Assembly (NCBI GenBank): GCA_963662465.1
Contig: OY759599.1
Location: 2,848,001-2,912,000, forward strand
Direction: 5' to 3'
Length of the DNA: 64,000 bases
Source: Desulfatiglandales bacterium
Lineage (GTDB): Bacteria; Desulfobacterota; DSM-4660; Desulfatiglandales; Desulfatiglandaceae
Position 1 is the stretch's first letter. Each line of letters opens with the position of its first letter. A model generated the notes under the pieces. It worked only from the letters and a program-made list of their open reading frames with translations, was not told the DNA's origin and did no database searches. Positions 20,022-30,248 of the stretch are shown here, piece by piece. Made by a program: the position numbers and the translations under genes.

Positions 20022-21931
20022 ATAGGGGTAGGAAAGAGCCTCTTGGCTCTCCCCTCCCTCCGAACCGTGCATGCGGTTCTCCCGCACACGGCTCTCCGGT
20101 CGATAGTTTCCTCATCGGGATCGGCACGCTGCTAACCGGGCCTCATGCATAGTGAAAAGCCCGATTTTCGCGAAGTAGGCATTCGGCCAGCGGCGGTGGG
20201 CTTCAAGGCTTTTGCCCCAGCCCTTGCGTTTGGACGCAATAATACGGCGCGTAAGCGTCGGCGGACAAACTTATCCACCGCCGCAAACTCAGTGCGGTAG
20301 GCGTGTTTGAAGTAACCAAACCAGCCTTCGAGCATGGGGTTCAGATCATCAATGATGCTTTCCATACTTCCGCTACGTTTGCGCCGGGTCTCTTCCCGGA
20401 TTTTATCACGAAGGGCTTTACGGCTTTTACTGCGTATCCAGCGCTTTCCTGCCTCAAACCGGTATCCCAGGAATTCAAATCCCTGACCCTTTTGTCGACA
20501 GTCGCCAAGATGCGTCTTGTCCGGGTGTAAGCTCAGGTCATTAGCCTGTACCCACTCCCGTACCTTTTGCAAAGCATTCTCCGCTTCCGTTTGACTGCGG
20601 CTGAGGATAACAAAGTCGTCCGCGTAACGCACCATCCGCATACCTGATTCCGCGATCAGGCTGTCAAGAGGATGCAGGTAAATATTCGCAAGCAAGGGGC
20701 TGACTACCGCCCCTTGTGGCGAACCACCGGTGTCCAGTCCGTCGGTGTCCATCTTTCCAAGCCGTCCATCACGTCCTGTTTCAGGAACATTTGAATCAGA
20801 TTGAGCAATTTGCCGTCGCTGATGCGCATTTCGACTTGTTGCATCAGCTTATCGTGCGGAATCGTATCAAAGTAACTTTTCAGGTCGGCGTCCAGTATGA
20901 AGGTGTAGCCTTCCTTAATAAGCGCGTCTACTTCTCGCAACGCGTCCTTGCAACCTCTTTGCGGCCTGAAGCCGTAACTCATCGGCAGAAATTCATGCTC
21001 GAATATGGGCTCCATAACCATTTTAACCGCTGCCTGCACTACCCGGTCTTTGACCGTGGGTATCCCCAGCGGGCGTTGTTTGCCGTCGCTTTTCGGAATG
21101 TATACCCGTTTTACCGCTTCCGGTCGGTACGTTCCCGCTTTCAAGGTTTCATGCAGTTCGGCAAGGTATTTCTCCGCCTGCTCCTTAAAGCGCTTTATGC
21201 TGATACGGTCTATCCCTGCCGCTCCTTTATTGGCTTTGACACGTCCCCAAGCCGCTTCCAGCGTCGACAAGGCGAACACCTTATCCATCAAACTGTACCA
21301 TTTACCACCTTTCACCCCGTTACCCAGGGCTGCCAACATACGTTCCGTCCACACCGATGCTTCCACCCAATCCCATCGGGTTTCTGCCTCGCGTTTAGTT
21401 GTTTCCAACACTGCCGAGACTGCTTGATTTAGCTGCATCTATATGACCTTTCCGTATCTATCTTCCTATCCTCCTTCCCTCGGCACGGTTTTGCTATCCG
21501 CGCTTTTCACAACCCGGTATCCGACGCAGGCGGCGGGTACTGGTCTCACGCCGTAAGCCTTGTTAGCAGGACCGTTCTGTCGCTACGGTACTATGAGGAC
21601 TCTGACTCCTGCCTCCTGTCACCCCAAGAGACAGGTCTCCCTGCTTATCTCGCTTTACCTTCCAGTCATTCCGACCCCAAACATACCATGCCGTCAAACC
21701 ATCGCTTTAACCGCCATTACAGCGTGGTCTGTGAGTTTCAGGCTTCACCATGGAACGGTAGGTTCGCCACCACATGACACCGAATCGGGTTCGTCATCCT
21801 ACGGACTGACTTTTCGCCTCCGGTTGCTCTCCACCCCGCCTCGCGGCGACGCAGTTACCTTCGGCTACGGAGCTATGGCATACTCCGGTACGGACTTTCA
21901 CCGCACTGATAAAGCGCCTTCACAGGCGCAC
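20022..21931 (-). ncRNA. Group II intron (1910 nt)
   Basis: 5' GTGCG at 21931, domain V GAGCCGTGTGCGGGAGAACCGCATGCACGGTTC (~20062-20094), domain VI and 3' end CCCTAT at 20022. Confidence 0.93.
20112..21438 (-). pseudogene. ltrA: Intron-encoded RT/maturase without endonuclease domain, two frameshifts
   Basis: RPLGIPTVKDR, SYGFRP, PQG, RYADD, FLGY. Frameshifts at ~20735 and ~20232. Confidence 0.88.
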
Positions 21932-22094
21932 CATTCGCATGACCTCCTGTTCATTTGTTTGATAAAAAGGTCATACTTTATGAAATAAAATCCAAACCTT
22001 TTCCGATAAAAATACTTGAATATCAGGTATTTTAAGAAAATGTTTGGATTTTATTTAGGTTTGGATAACGCAGCAAATCCAAACGTTTGGATTT

Positions 22095-22293
22095 GCTGCG
22101 CCATTCTTTTGCCGTGAACACCCTCAACAGAATCCGGAAATCAGGTGGGTCCGCCCAAAACGCTTTACCCATATTGGCAGCCTATCTGGGTCACACGGAT
22201 TACATTTGCACCAGTGTTTATCTCCGGGTTTCGGATGCCATGAATCGGAAAGATCTCGTTGATTTTTGTCTTTGGCAGAGAGTAAACAAATGA
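22095..22293 (+). pseudogene. 3' fragment of a RitB-like tyrosine recombinase
   Basis: LRHSFAVNTL...LPILAAYLGH...YL. Stop overlaps the ritC start (ATGA). Confidence 0.8.
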
Positions 22294-23309
22294 AACTTTC
22301 ACCCCTGGTGCATCAGTTCTTTGATCAATACCTGACTTCCATCAGGGGGCTCAGTTACCAGACCATAAAGGCCTATCGGGATGCTTTCAGGATTTTTCTT
22401 CCCTTTGCGGCATCGTTTTACAACATCAAGGTCAAATCGCTTCGTGTGGAACATATTAAAACGGAACTTCTCGTCTCGTTCCTTGAAAATCTTCAAAGTG
22501 ACAGGAAAAATGGGGCCAAAACCCGGAATCATCGTCTTGCGGCACTCAAATCCTTTGCCAAAATGATTCGCTTTATGCATCCGGATCAACAGGATGCCGC
22601 AACCGCTATCCTCAATATTCCCCAGAAACGGGAGCAGAAGAGTCTTATCGGATTTCTTTACCAGGATGAAATACTTCGGGTGTTTCAGGCGGTTGATTTT
22701 AAACGAAAAGAGGGGTTCAGGGATTACACCGTGCTCCATCTGCTCTACGATTCCGGAGCCAGGGCCAGTGAAATTGCAGAGTTGAATATCGACTATTTTA
22801 ACCCCAACCGGAAAACCCTCAGTATTCTGGGAAAGGGCAATCGGTTTCGACTCATAAAGCTTGAGTCAAAAACCTGTGACCTGCTTCAGTTGTACATTCG
22901 ACAATACCGGATATCCCCAAAGCCCATGTTTGAAAACCGGCTCTTTATCAATCAAAAGGGAGAGTTATTCACTCGCCATGGAATCTACCGGATTTGCAGG
23001 AAATATCTCCAAAAGGCCCTCCCTCCAAAACGTCTGAAACATATCAATCCCGTTCATTCATTCCGGCACTCGCGAGCAGTTGATATGCTCCACAACGGTG
23101 ACCCCATCACGGATATCAAGAATCATCTGGGGCATGACAACATCCAGTCCACTTCGATCTATCTGCATTTGGACCTGGATCGACGGCGCCACATTCAAAG
23201 GCAGTTCATGAGGCACATGCAATCGGCCCTGACGGACGATTCCAAGATAGATGAATTACTCCATTATGAAAATGAGGGGGATTTGATGGCCTGGTTGGAC
23301 AGTCTATAG
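22290..23309 (+). CDS. RitC-like tyrosine recombinase (intact ORF)
   Basis: GARASE, GKG, HSFRHS, LGH and IY catalytic motifs. Confidence 0.9.
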   Translation: MKLSPLVHQFFDQYLTSIRGLSYQTIKAYRDAFRIFLPFAASFYNIKVKSLRVEHIKTELLVSFLENLQSDRKNGAKTRNHRLAALKSFAKMIRFMHPDQQDAATAILNIPQKREQKSLIGFLYQDEILRVFQAVDFKRKEGFRDYTVLHLLYDSGARASEIAELNIDYFNPNRKTLSILGKGNRFRLIKLESKTCDLLQLYIRQYRISPKPMFENRLFINQKGELFTRHGIYRICRKYLQKALPPKRLKHINPVHSFRHSRAVDMLHNGDPITDIKNHLGHDNIQSTSIYLHLDLDRRRHIQRQFMRHMQSALTDDSKIDELLHYENEGDLMAWLDSL

Positions 23310-23628
23310 CGGGGGCATGCAAACAATAGCCCTTTACGGAGAGCTGCGAATAAGGTAAAAATATTATGTTGTCTCTTGGAGAGACGGGTTGCTCAAAATA
23401 TGAAATAAACTATTGCTTTTATTGCTTAATCTCGATATCTCGTGGCGAGGGCGAAAATTAAGGGTTTTTCAGGGGGTTATGGCAGGCCGCAACATAACTC
23501 AATATATCTGTATTGCGAACCGATTCGCTTTTCACTGGATAAACATTACAAATGTAATGATATGCAAATCCGTATATTAACTTGTTATACTCCCTTATAA
23601 AACAAAGACTTTAAGACAAAAATTGACA

Positions 23629-23958
23629 ATGGGAAAAAAATTAATACCTGATGAAATACGAAAAAAAGTCTCAGTAGTCGTAGAAAAATTTAATCAACAA
23701 GAACTAAAACACATGGATGCTCGTTACATTGCAAGATTTCAAGGAAGATTTCTATATCTTGACAGGGTAGCATATGGCCAAAAAGAGCCTGTAAGTCGTA
23801 TGGAATATTTTAAAGAAATCGACAAATGGGAATTTGCAATATTTAAATGGAGTACAGAAATATATGATCCCGATGAGTGTATGTTTTCTGGAAGTGAATT
23901 TGTTGATGGTACTGTCGAAGGCGCAATGAGAGCTGGTATGAGAGCATATCCAGTATAA
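23629..23958 (+). CDS. Hypothetical protein, integron cassette gene
   Basis: AT-rich ORF between GTTATAC (23584) and an attC. Stop codon lies in the R'' box. Confidence 0.75.
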   Translation: MGKKLIPDEIRKKVSVVVEKFNQQELKHMDARYIARFQGRFLYLDRVAYGQKEPVSRMEYFKEIDKWEFAIFKWSTEIYDPDECMFSGSEFVDGTVEGAMRAGMRAYPV

Positions 23959-24071
23959 CATTTGTATTCACCGGACAGCAACCACCGCTCGGTGGGCTTT
24001 TTTCCAAAAGTTACAAACAAAGATCAATTAATCAACCATCACCTAAGCTGCTGGTGATACAGGCGTTAAAC
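23953..24071 (+). other. Integron attC site
   Basis: R'' GTATAAC, R' GTTAAAC. Arms AACATTTGTATTCACCGGACAGC / GCTGCTGGTGATACAGGCGTT pair with bulged bases. Confidence 0.75.
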
Positions 24072-24127
24072 TGTGATATCTCCATCTAAGAAATTGGCAG
24101 AGGCCAACTGTTCATTGTTTAGCTCAT

Positions 24128-24399
24128 TCATAACCTCACCTCCTTTTCAATGGTCTTAATCGCCATGTTCAACCGAAACATCCTGGCGATGGTTAAATCA
24201 ATTTCATGATTCGTTTTATCTTTTGCAATCAGGGTTTTTAAAATCTTTTCCCTCTCCTTGAACATCTGGTCCAGAAACTCCTTAACCCGCCAGGTGGGAT
24301 GATTTTTTAAAAGATTTCTAATATCCACGACTTTCTGATGTGATTGTTGTTGTGAATTGTCAAAAACTCCTGTGCTTCCTGAACTGTTTCCCTGCTCAT
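24128..24399 (-). pseudogene. Frameshifted small hypothetical gene (phage/ICE remnant)
   Basis: GGAGG plus ATG at 24399 is out of frame with the downstream open frame. Confidence 0.4.
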
Positions 24400-24411
24400 A
24401 ATTGAACCTCC

Positions 24412-24985
24412 TTAATTCAAAAACCACTCATCACATGTTTTTTTGTATGAACAGTTTTTGCATTTCCAGCTCCCATCATTGGGGATAAAGGCCTCTTTTG
24501 ATATTCCGTCCCATGCCTGAATAATCTTCTTTATCAAGCGTTTTTCATCCACCTCACTTCGGGTAGTGTAATACTGCTCAAATTTGGGTTTCTTGGTTTT
24601 TATGAGACAATCGAATCGCAAAAGGATTTCTCTGTCTGCATACCCGTTCGCCTTTGCTGCCAATTGATAAACCGTCAACTACATATTCTTATCCACGTCG
24701 GCAATGGAATACGCCTTTCCGCTGGTCTTGAAATCCGTGATGATAATCGTTCCCGATTCGTCTTCCTCCACAAGGTCCATGGCGCCGATAATAGGAACCG
24801 GAATTCCGGGGATATGGAAACTGAAAACATCTTCAATCCCCAGAACCTGGAAATCGTCATCCGGGAGTTTGTCATGGCAGACCGACAGAAGCTCTTTTCC
24901 TAGAAGAAGCAGGGATTCAAAATTCTTGCCCTTTGAGTAAAGGATATCTTCTCTTCCTTCGGCTTTGTTTTTCCAGTGGTGTTCA
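24412..24985 (-). pseudogene. PD-(D/E)XK RecB/Cas4-like nuclease fragment with internal stop
   Basis: GAMDLVEE...ITDFKT...KNM*LTVY...WKCKNCSYKKTC. 5' end missing. Confidence 0.7.
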
Positions 24986-24989
24986 AAAC

Positions 24990-25782
24990 TTTCCTGGATC
25001 AGAAATCACTTGAGAACATGGTCCGGGACCATATTTTTGAACGGAACAAAATCTCTGTCTATACCGCTAATAAGGATCTCCGCTATCTCAGGGCCACTTT
25101 CAATTATGGGGTTAATAAGAAACTCATCACGTCGAATCCAACAGAAGGGATGCAGTTTCTTCCAGTTGAAAAAAAGGTTCAGCATGTTCCCCCCACTGAA
25201 GACATCAACAAAGTTATTGAAGTCGCTGACCCTGATACCCAGGATTATCTTTGGACTATCAGGGAAACCATGGCCAGGGTAAGTGAGGTCAATAGGCTTG
25301 TATGGGATGATGTAAATTTCACTGAGAAATATGTCATTCTTCGAACACGCAAGAAGAAAGGTGGACACCTCACCCCCAGAAAAATCTCGATGACCCGAAA
25401 ACTTGTTGATGTATTATCACGCAGATATGAAAAAGCCGATAAAACCAAGGCGTGGGTATTCTGGCACAGGTATTGGAGTTGAAAAGAGAATAGGTTCAAA
25501 GAAGGGCCGTATGGAGATAGGAAGAAGATCATGAAGAAACTGTGCAAGAAGGCAGGGGTTAAATACTTTCGATTCCATCCGTTGAGACATGCCGGTGCTT
25601 CAATAATGGACGGAAACAATGTGCCAATAGGTGCGATATAGAGAATTTTAGGTCATGAAAACAGGCGAACGACCGAGATTTACCTGCATAGCATCGGAGA
25701 AATGGAGCGTGATGCAATTGCCGTTTATGAAAAAGCTCGACAGAATTCACACACAAATCCACACACAGGGCGTGAAGGATAA
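24990..25782 (+). pseudogene. Phage-type tyrosine integrase remnant adjacent to tRNA-Phe
   Basis: ARVSE...FHPLRH...LGH...TTEIY in one frame with in-frame TGA (25480) and TAG (~25639). N-terminus missing. Confidence 0.85.
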
Positions 25783-25788
25783 AAAAAA

Positions 25789-25816
25789 GAGGGTTAGGGA
25801 TGCTCCCCTAACCCTC
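25789..25816. terminator. Hairpin between the integrase and the tRNA 3' end
   Basis: GAGGGTTAGGG-atgctc-CCCTAACCCTC preceded by an A-run (T-run on the minus strand). Confidence 0.6.
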
Positions 25817-25836
25817 CGAAAACATATCGTTTTTTA

Positions 25837-25912
25837 TGGTGCCGAGACCCAGAGTTGAACTGGGGACACGGGGATTTTCAGTCCCCTGCTCTACCGGCTG
25901 AGCTATCTCGGC
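25837..25912 (-). tRNA. tRNA-Phe(GAA)
   Basis: GCCGAGATAGCTCAG...CTGAAAA...GTTCAAC...TCTCGGCACCA, 76-nt cloverleaf. Confidence 0.97.
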
Positions 25913-26097
25913 AACAGATTTTTATTTTATAGCCTTTCAAAACGCTTCGGTCAAGCATAAATTTCGAATAAATGCTTTCATCCACGAAAATTGTTGATAT
26001 GCGTTCCAGGATTGTTTATGACGGGCCTTCGAAGCATGTAAGAAAATCCATCGAAGTGCCCACATCTGCTATTTTTTAAGGTATTGCGAATCGACTG

Positions 26098-29000
26098 ATG
26101 AAAAAAACTGTTCATGGTCGCTCTGTTTGGGAGCGATCTAAGAAACCCCCTGAAAAAAGCACATCCAGAACATTGCCGCCTTTAGAAAAAAGGATCCGCT
26201 CATTGATACCCCTGACCATGAGTCGGGACCGGCATGCCCTTTATAAACGCCTTAACGCCCTGTTAGGGGAGAACCTTGGTCCAAAAATCAGCGATAAATC
26301 CATGGCGCAACTTGAATCCCTTGAAAAAAGGATCAAAGCGTCCATGGCGGAAAAAAATCGACGCTTGCGACAAATTCCCAAAGTATCTTTTCCTGAAAAT
26401 CTGCCGATTACCGCAAAAAAAGCTGAAATCGTGGATGCGATTCAAAAAAATTCGGTGGTGATTATTGCAGGGGATACGGGTTCCGGGAAAAGCACGCAGA
26501 TCCCCAAAATGTGCATTGCCGCCGGTCGAGGCATCCATGGAAAAATTGCCTGTACACAACCCAGACGCATTGCCGCCACCACCATTGGGGGCCGAATTGC
26601 GGAAGAACTGGGCGAGACCATCGGAAAAAGCGTGGGATATAAAATCCGTTTCAAGGACCGCACCAGCAAATGGGGCTATATCAAGGTGGTGACCGACGGT
26701 ATGTTGCTGGCGGAAACGCAACAGGACCCTCGCCTTTACGATTACGATACCATCATTATTGATGAGGCCCATGAAAGAAGTCTGAACATTGATTTTCTTT
26801 TAGGGCTTCTGAAGAACCTGCTGAAGCAACGAAAAGACCTCAAGCTGATCATTACCTCTGCCACCATCGATACGGAAAAATTCTCCAAGGGGTTCAGCCA
26901 TGCCCCGGTGATTCAGGTATCCGGACGGCGATACCCGGTTTCAGTCGAGTACCGGCCCGTTGACCCGGAGCTTCAGGAAAATGGAGATGAGACCTATGTG
27001 GACGTGGCCGTAAAAGCCGTGGAAGACATTTGCCGGTCCGGCGCGTTCGGGGATATCCTGGTCTTCATGCCCACGGAGCAGGATATTCTCGAAACCTGCG
27101 AACGACTGGAGGGACGAGAACAGAAAGGTCTTATCATATTGCCCCTGTTTGCCCGGCTGCCCGGCGCCCAACAGGGCCGGGTTTTCAGCACTGGAAACGG
27201 ACGTAAGGTTATTGTCGCCACCAACGTAGCGGAAACATCCCTGACCATTCCCGGCATCAAATATGTGGTGGATACGGGACTGGCCAGGATCTCCCGATAT
27301 CTTCCACGAACCCGCTCCACCAGCCTGCCCGTGAGCCCTATTTCCAGGAGTAGCGCGGATCAGCGTAAAGGTCGCTGTGGACGATTGGAAAACGGGGTTT
27401 GCATCAGGCTCTATTCGGAGGAAGATTACGAATCCCGACCGGAGTTCACCGATCCTGAAGTTTTGAGGTCCAACCTTGCGGAGGTCATCCTTCGCATGAT
27501 TTCCCTTAAACTGGGGAAAATTCACGCCTTTCCATTCCTTGACAAACCCAACCCCAGAAGCATCAAGGACGGGTTTGATTTGTTGGTGGAACTGGGCGCT
27601 GTCATTCGAAAAAACGGTAACGCGATACTAACCCCCAAGGGTCGCATGATGGCTAAAATGCCCATCGATCCAAAAATTTCCCGCATGATCCTCGAGGCGC
27701 ATACGCTGGACTGCGTGTATGACGTAGCCGTTATCGCATCGGCCCTGAGCATCCAGGATCCCAGGGAACGACCCCTTGAAAAAGCAGTCCAGGCGGATCA
27801 GGCCCATGCCCGGTTCAGGGATTCAGGTTCCGACTTTATTACCCTGCTCAACATCTGGAACCATTACCACCGTTCCCTGGAGACCTTTCGCACCCAAAGC
27901 ACAATGCGAAAGTTCTGCAAGACGCATTTCCTCTCCTTTCCCCGTATGCGGGAATGGCGCCACATCCACGAACAGATTTCGAATATCCTGAAATCCCAGG
28001 GAATCAAAAACGAAAGTAATCAAACCCAAAAGGATGGAAAGGATCGTTATGCAGCCATCCACCAGGCCGTTTTAAGCGGGTATCTGTCCAACATCGCCCT
28101 TAAAAAAGAAAAAAATATTTACCTGGCGGCCAGGGGAAGGGAGGCCATGCTGTTTCCCGGTTCCACCCTGTTTAACAAGGGGCCCGAGTGGATTGTGGCG
28201 GTGGAAATGGTGAAAACATCCAGACTTTTCGCCAGGACCGCGGCTAAAATCGATCCGGAATGGCTTGAAAATTTGGGCGGCAGCCTCTGCAAATCCACCT
28301 ATTCCAATCCCCATTGGGAAAAAAAACTGGGCCAGGTTCGGGCATCCGAACAAGTCAGCCTTTACGGATTGGTCATTGTGTCCGAAAGACCCGTATCCTA
28401 TGGCCCCATCGATCCCGTCATGTCCCATGAAATCTTCGTGATGTCCGCTTTGGTAAACGGCGAAATGCAGAAAAAATTCAGTTTTCTGGCCCATAATCAA
28501 GCCCTCATCGAGCAGATTACCCGAATGGAGGACAAAGTCAGACGGCGCGGCATGCGGATTAGCGATGACCGGATCGAAGCGTTCTATTCAACCCGGCTCC
28601 CGGGAATCCATGACATTCGCACCCTTGAAAGGGAAATCAGAAAACGGGGCGGCGATGATTTTCTCAAAATGACCGAAGCCGATGTGATCGCCGATTTGCC
28701 CGATCAGGAAGAGGTGGCCCAATACCCGGATGAAATGAACGTGGGAGGCAGCGCCTTCAAGTTCTCCTATAAATTCAAACCCGGCAAACCGGATGACGGG
28801 GTCACCCTTAAAGTACCGTTGAGTCAAGCATCCGAAGTGTCGCCCCATCAACTGGACTGGATGGTTCCGGGTCTTTTCCGGGAAAAAATCACGGCTCTCA
28901 TCAAAGGCTTGCCCAAACGCTATCGAAAACCGCTGGTGCCCGTATCCGGCGCCGTGGAAATAATTCTGTCCGAGATGGAAAAAACCACGGACTCGTTGCT

Positions 29001-30105
29001 TTCAACTCTCGGCACCTTCATCTACAAACGCTTTGGGATTGATATTCCGGGGTCCGCGTGGGCGGGTGCTGAAATTCCCGAATATTTGCGGATGCGTGTT
29101 TCTATCAGGGACCACCGGGACCGTGAATTACAATCCGCAAGGGATACATCAATCCTCAGTCGATTGCCGGACGTGGATGAAAAACAAACCGGAAACCAAT
29201 CCGGCATCTGGAAAATAGCGCAGGCTGAATGGGAAAAACAAGGCATTACCGTGTGGGATTTCAATACCCTGCCTGAAACAATTTCCCTGGCCCCAAATCT
29301 TTCCGCCTTTCCCGCCCTGTCGCCTGCCGAAAACGGGGTCGACATTCGTTTGTTCAGAAATCGGCAAGAGGCCCTTGAGTCCCACCGGAAAGGCGTCATG
29401 AAATTATTTATGATCCATTTTAGGAAAGAGGTCAAACTCCTTAAAAAAGATCTTAAAATTCCGGCTTCCCTGTCTTCGAAGACCCTTGATTTCGGAGGTC
29501 CGCGGTGCGTGGAATCCGCCATGTTTGAATCACTCATGATGCGTTTTTTTAATCTGAACGTACGATCTGAAAAGGCATTCAAGGAAACGGCTAACGCCGC
29601 GGATCACGCAATTTTCCCGGAAAGCAAACGCTTAAGGGAAGTCATGGGAGAAGTTCTTTCCGCCTACCACCACGCCATGCAGTTGATCCATCAAATTGAA
29701 ATCAAGAACAAAACCACTCCCACAGCGGCCCTCTGCAAACGCCTTCGAACCGAGATGGGAGCACTGGTTCCCCGGGATTTTCTGGAACGGTATACCACGG
29801 ACCATCTGGTCCATCTGCCCCGATATCTCAAAGCCCTTGAAATCAGAATCGAACGGGGCGCCTATAACCCTGATAAGGATCGAGAAAAAGAGGCGCTCAT
29901 TGCGCCCCTCAAGGCAGCTCTCAAAAAAAGCCTACCGAACATTATTTCAGGCGCTTCACCGGAAAAGAAGCGTGCTTTTGAAGAATTCTTCTGGATGGTA
30001 GAAGAGTACAAGGTCTCTGTTTTTGCACAGGAACTCAAAACCCATGTGCCGGTTTCAGCCAAACGGCTCGATGAAAAAATGCGGGAATTGGAACGAATGC
30101 TGTGA
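26098..30105 (+). CDS. hrpA: ATP-dependent RNA helicase HrpA
   Basis: GDTGSGKST, TQPRR, DEAH, SAT, QRKGRCGR, C-terminal EEYKVSVFAQEL. Confidence 0.95.
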   Translation: MKKTVHGRSVWERSKKPPEKSTSRTLPPLEKRIRSLIPLTMSRDRHALYKRLNALLGENLGPKISDKSMAQLESLEKRIKASMAEKNRRLRQIPKVSFPENLPITAKKAEIVDAIQKNSVVIIAGDTGSGKSTQIPKMCIAAGRGIHGKIACTQPRRIAATTIGGRIAEELGETIGKSVGYKIRFKDRTSKWGYIKVVTDGMLLAETQQDPRLYDYDTIIIDEAHERSLNIDFLLGLLKNLLKQRKDLKLIITSATIDTEKFSKGFSHAPVIQVSGRRYPVSVEYRPVDPELQENGDETYVDVAVKAVEDICRSGAFGDILVFMPTEQDILETCERLEGREQKGLIILPLFARLPGAQQGRVFSTGNGRKVIVATNVAETSLTIPGIKYVVDTGLARISRYLPRTRSTSLPVSPISRSSADQRKGRCGRLENGVCIRLYSEEDYESRPEFTDPEVLRSNLAEVILRMISLKLGKIHAFPFLDKPNPRSIKDGFDLLVELGAVIRKNGNAILTPKGRMMAKMPIDPKISRMILEAHTLDCVYDVAVIASALSIQDPRERPLEKAVQADQAHARFRDSGSDFITLLNIWNHYHRSLETFRTQSTMRKFCKTHFLSFPRMREWRHIHEQISNILKSQGIKNESNQTQKDGKDRYAAIHQAVLSGYLSNIALKKEKNIYLAARGREAMLFPGSTLFNKGPEWIVAVEMVKTSRLFARTAAKIDPEWLENLGGSLCKSTYSNPHWEKKLGQVRASEQVSLYGLVIVSERPVSYGPIDPVMSHEIFVMSALVNGEMQKKFSFLAHNQALIEQITRMEDKVRRRGMRISDDRIEAFYSTRLPGIHDIRTLEREIRKRGGDDFLKMTEADVIADLPDQEEVAQYPDEMNVGGSAFKFSYKFKPGKPDDGVTLKVPLSQASEVSPHQLDWMVPGLFREKITALIKGLPKRYRKPLVPVSGAVEIILSEMEKTTDSLLSTLGTFIYKRFGIDIPGSAWAGAEIPEYLRMRVSIRDHRDRELQSARDTSILSRLPDVDEKQTGNQSGIWKIAQAEWEKQGITVWDFNTLPETISLAPNLSAFPALSPAENGVDIRLFRNRQEALESHRKGVMKLFMIHFRKEVKLLKKDLKIPASLSSKTLDFGGPRCVESAMFESLMMRFFNLNVRSEKAFKETANAADHAIFPESKRLREVMGEVLSAYHHAMQLIHQIEIKNKTTPTAALCKRLRTEMGALVPRDFLERYTTDHLVHLPRYLKALEIRIERGAYNPDKDREKEALIAPLKAALKKSLPNIISGASPEKKRAFEEFFWMVEEYKVSVFAQELKTHVPVSAKRLDEKMRELERML

Positions 30106-30248
30106 ATAAACTGACGACAAAATGCTCTGGTTTCTTTTAGCGTTTCGCCGTTTTCCCGTGTTATGAAACAATTGGGGATACGGGCCAAAAATAACTGGAT
30201 CAGTTTACACTTTCAGGGTACTATTTACTTGATATCATTTTCACCACC

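Larger units (their letters stand above)
19878..21940 (-). pseudogene. 5' fragment of a RitA-like integrase, interrupted by the group II intron and truncated at 19878
   Basis: AGGAGG-ATG CGA ATG|intron|AAT GTA CAA gives MRMNVQNLRDNYLKLISHMETNGYSKTYVDSFKREIKK. Family assignment is from recalled similarity. Confidence 0.65.
22095..23497 (+). mobile_element. RIT-type element, copy B (right part only)
   Basis: Ends GGCCGCAACATAA then core CTCAAT (23498-23503). Inverted near-identical copy of copy A. Confidence 0.75.

Noticed and set aside
20112..21438. RT as retron, DGR or defence RT
   Set aside because: It is embedded in a canonical group II ribozyme with GTGCG, domain V and domain VI.
25480..25482. 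In-frame TGA as selenocysteine (selA is present)
   Set aside because: The same frame also has a TAG and a missing N-terminus, so this is ordinary decay.
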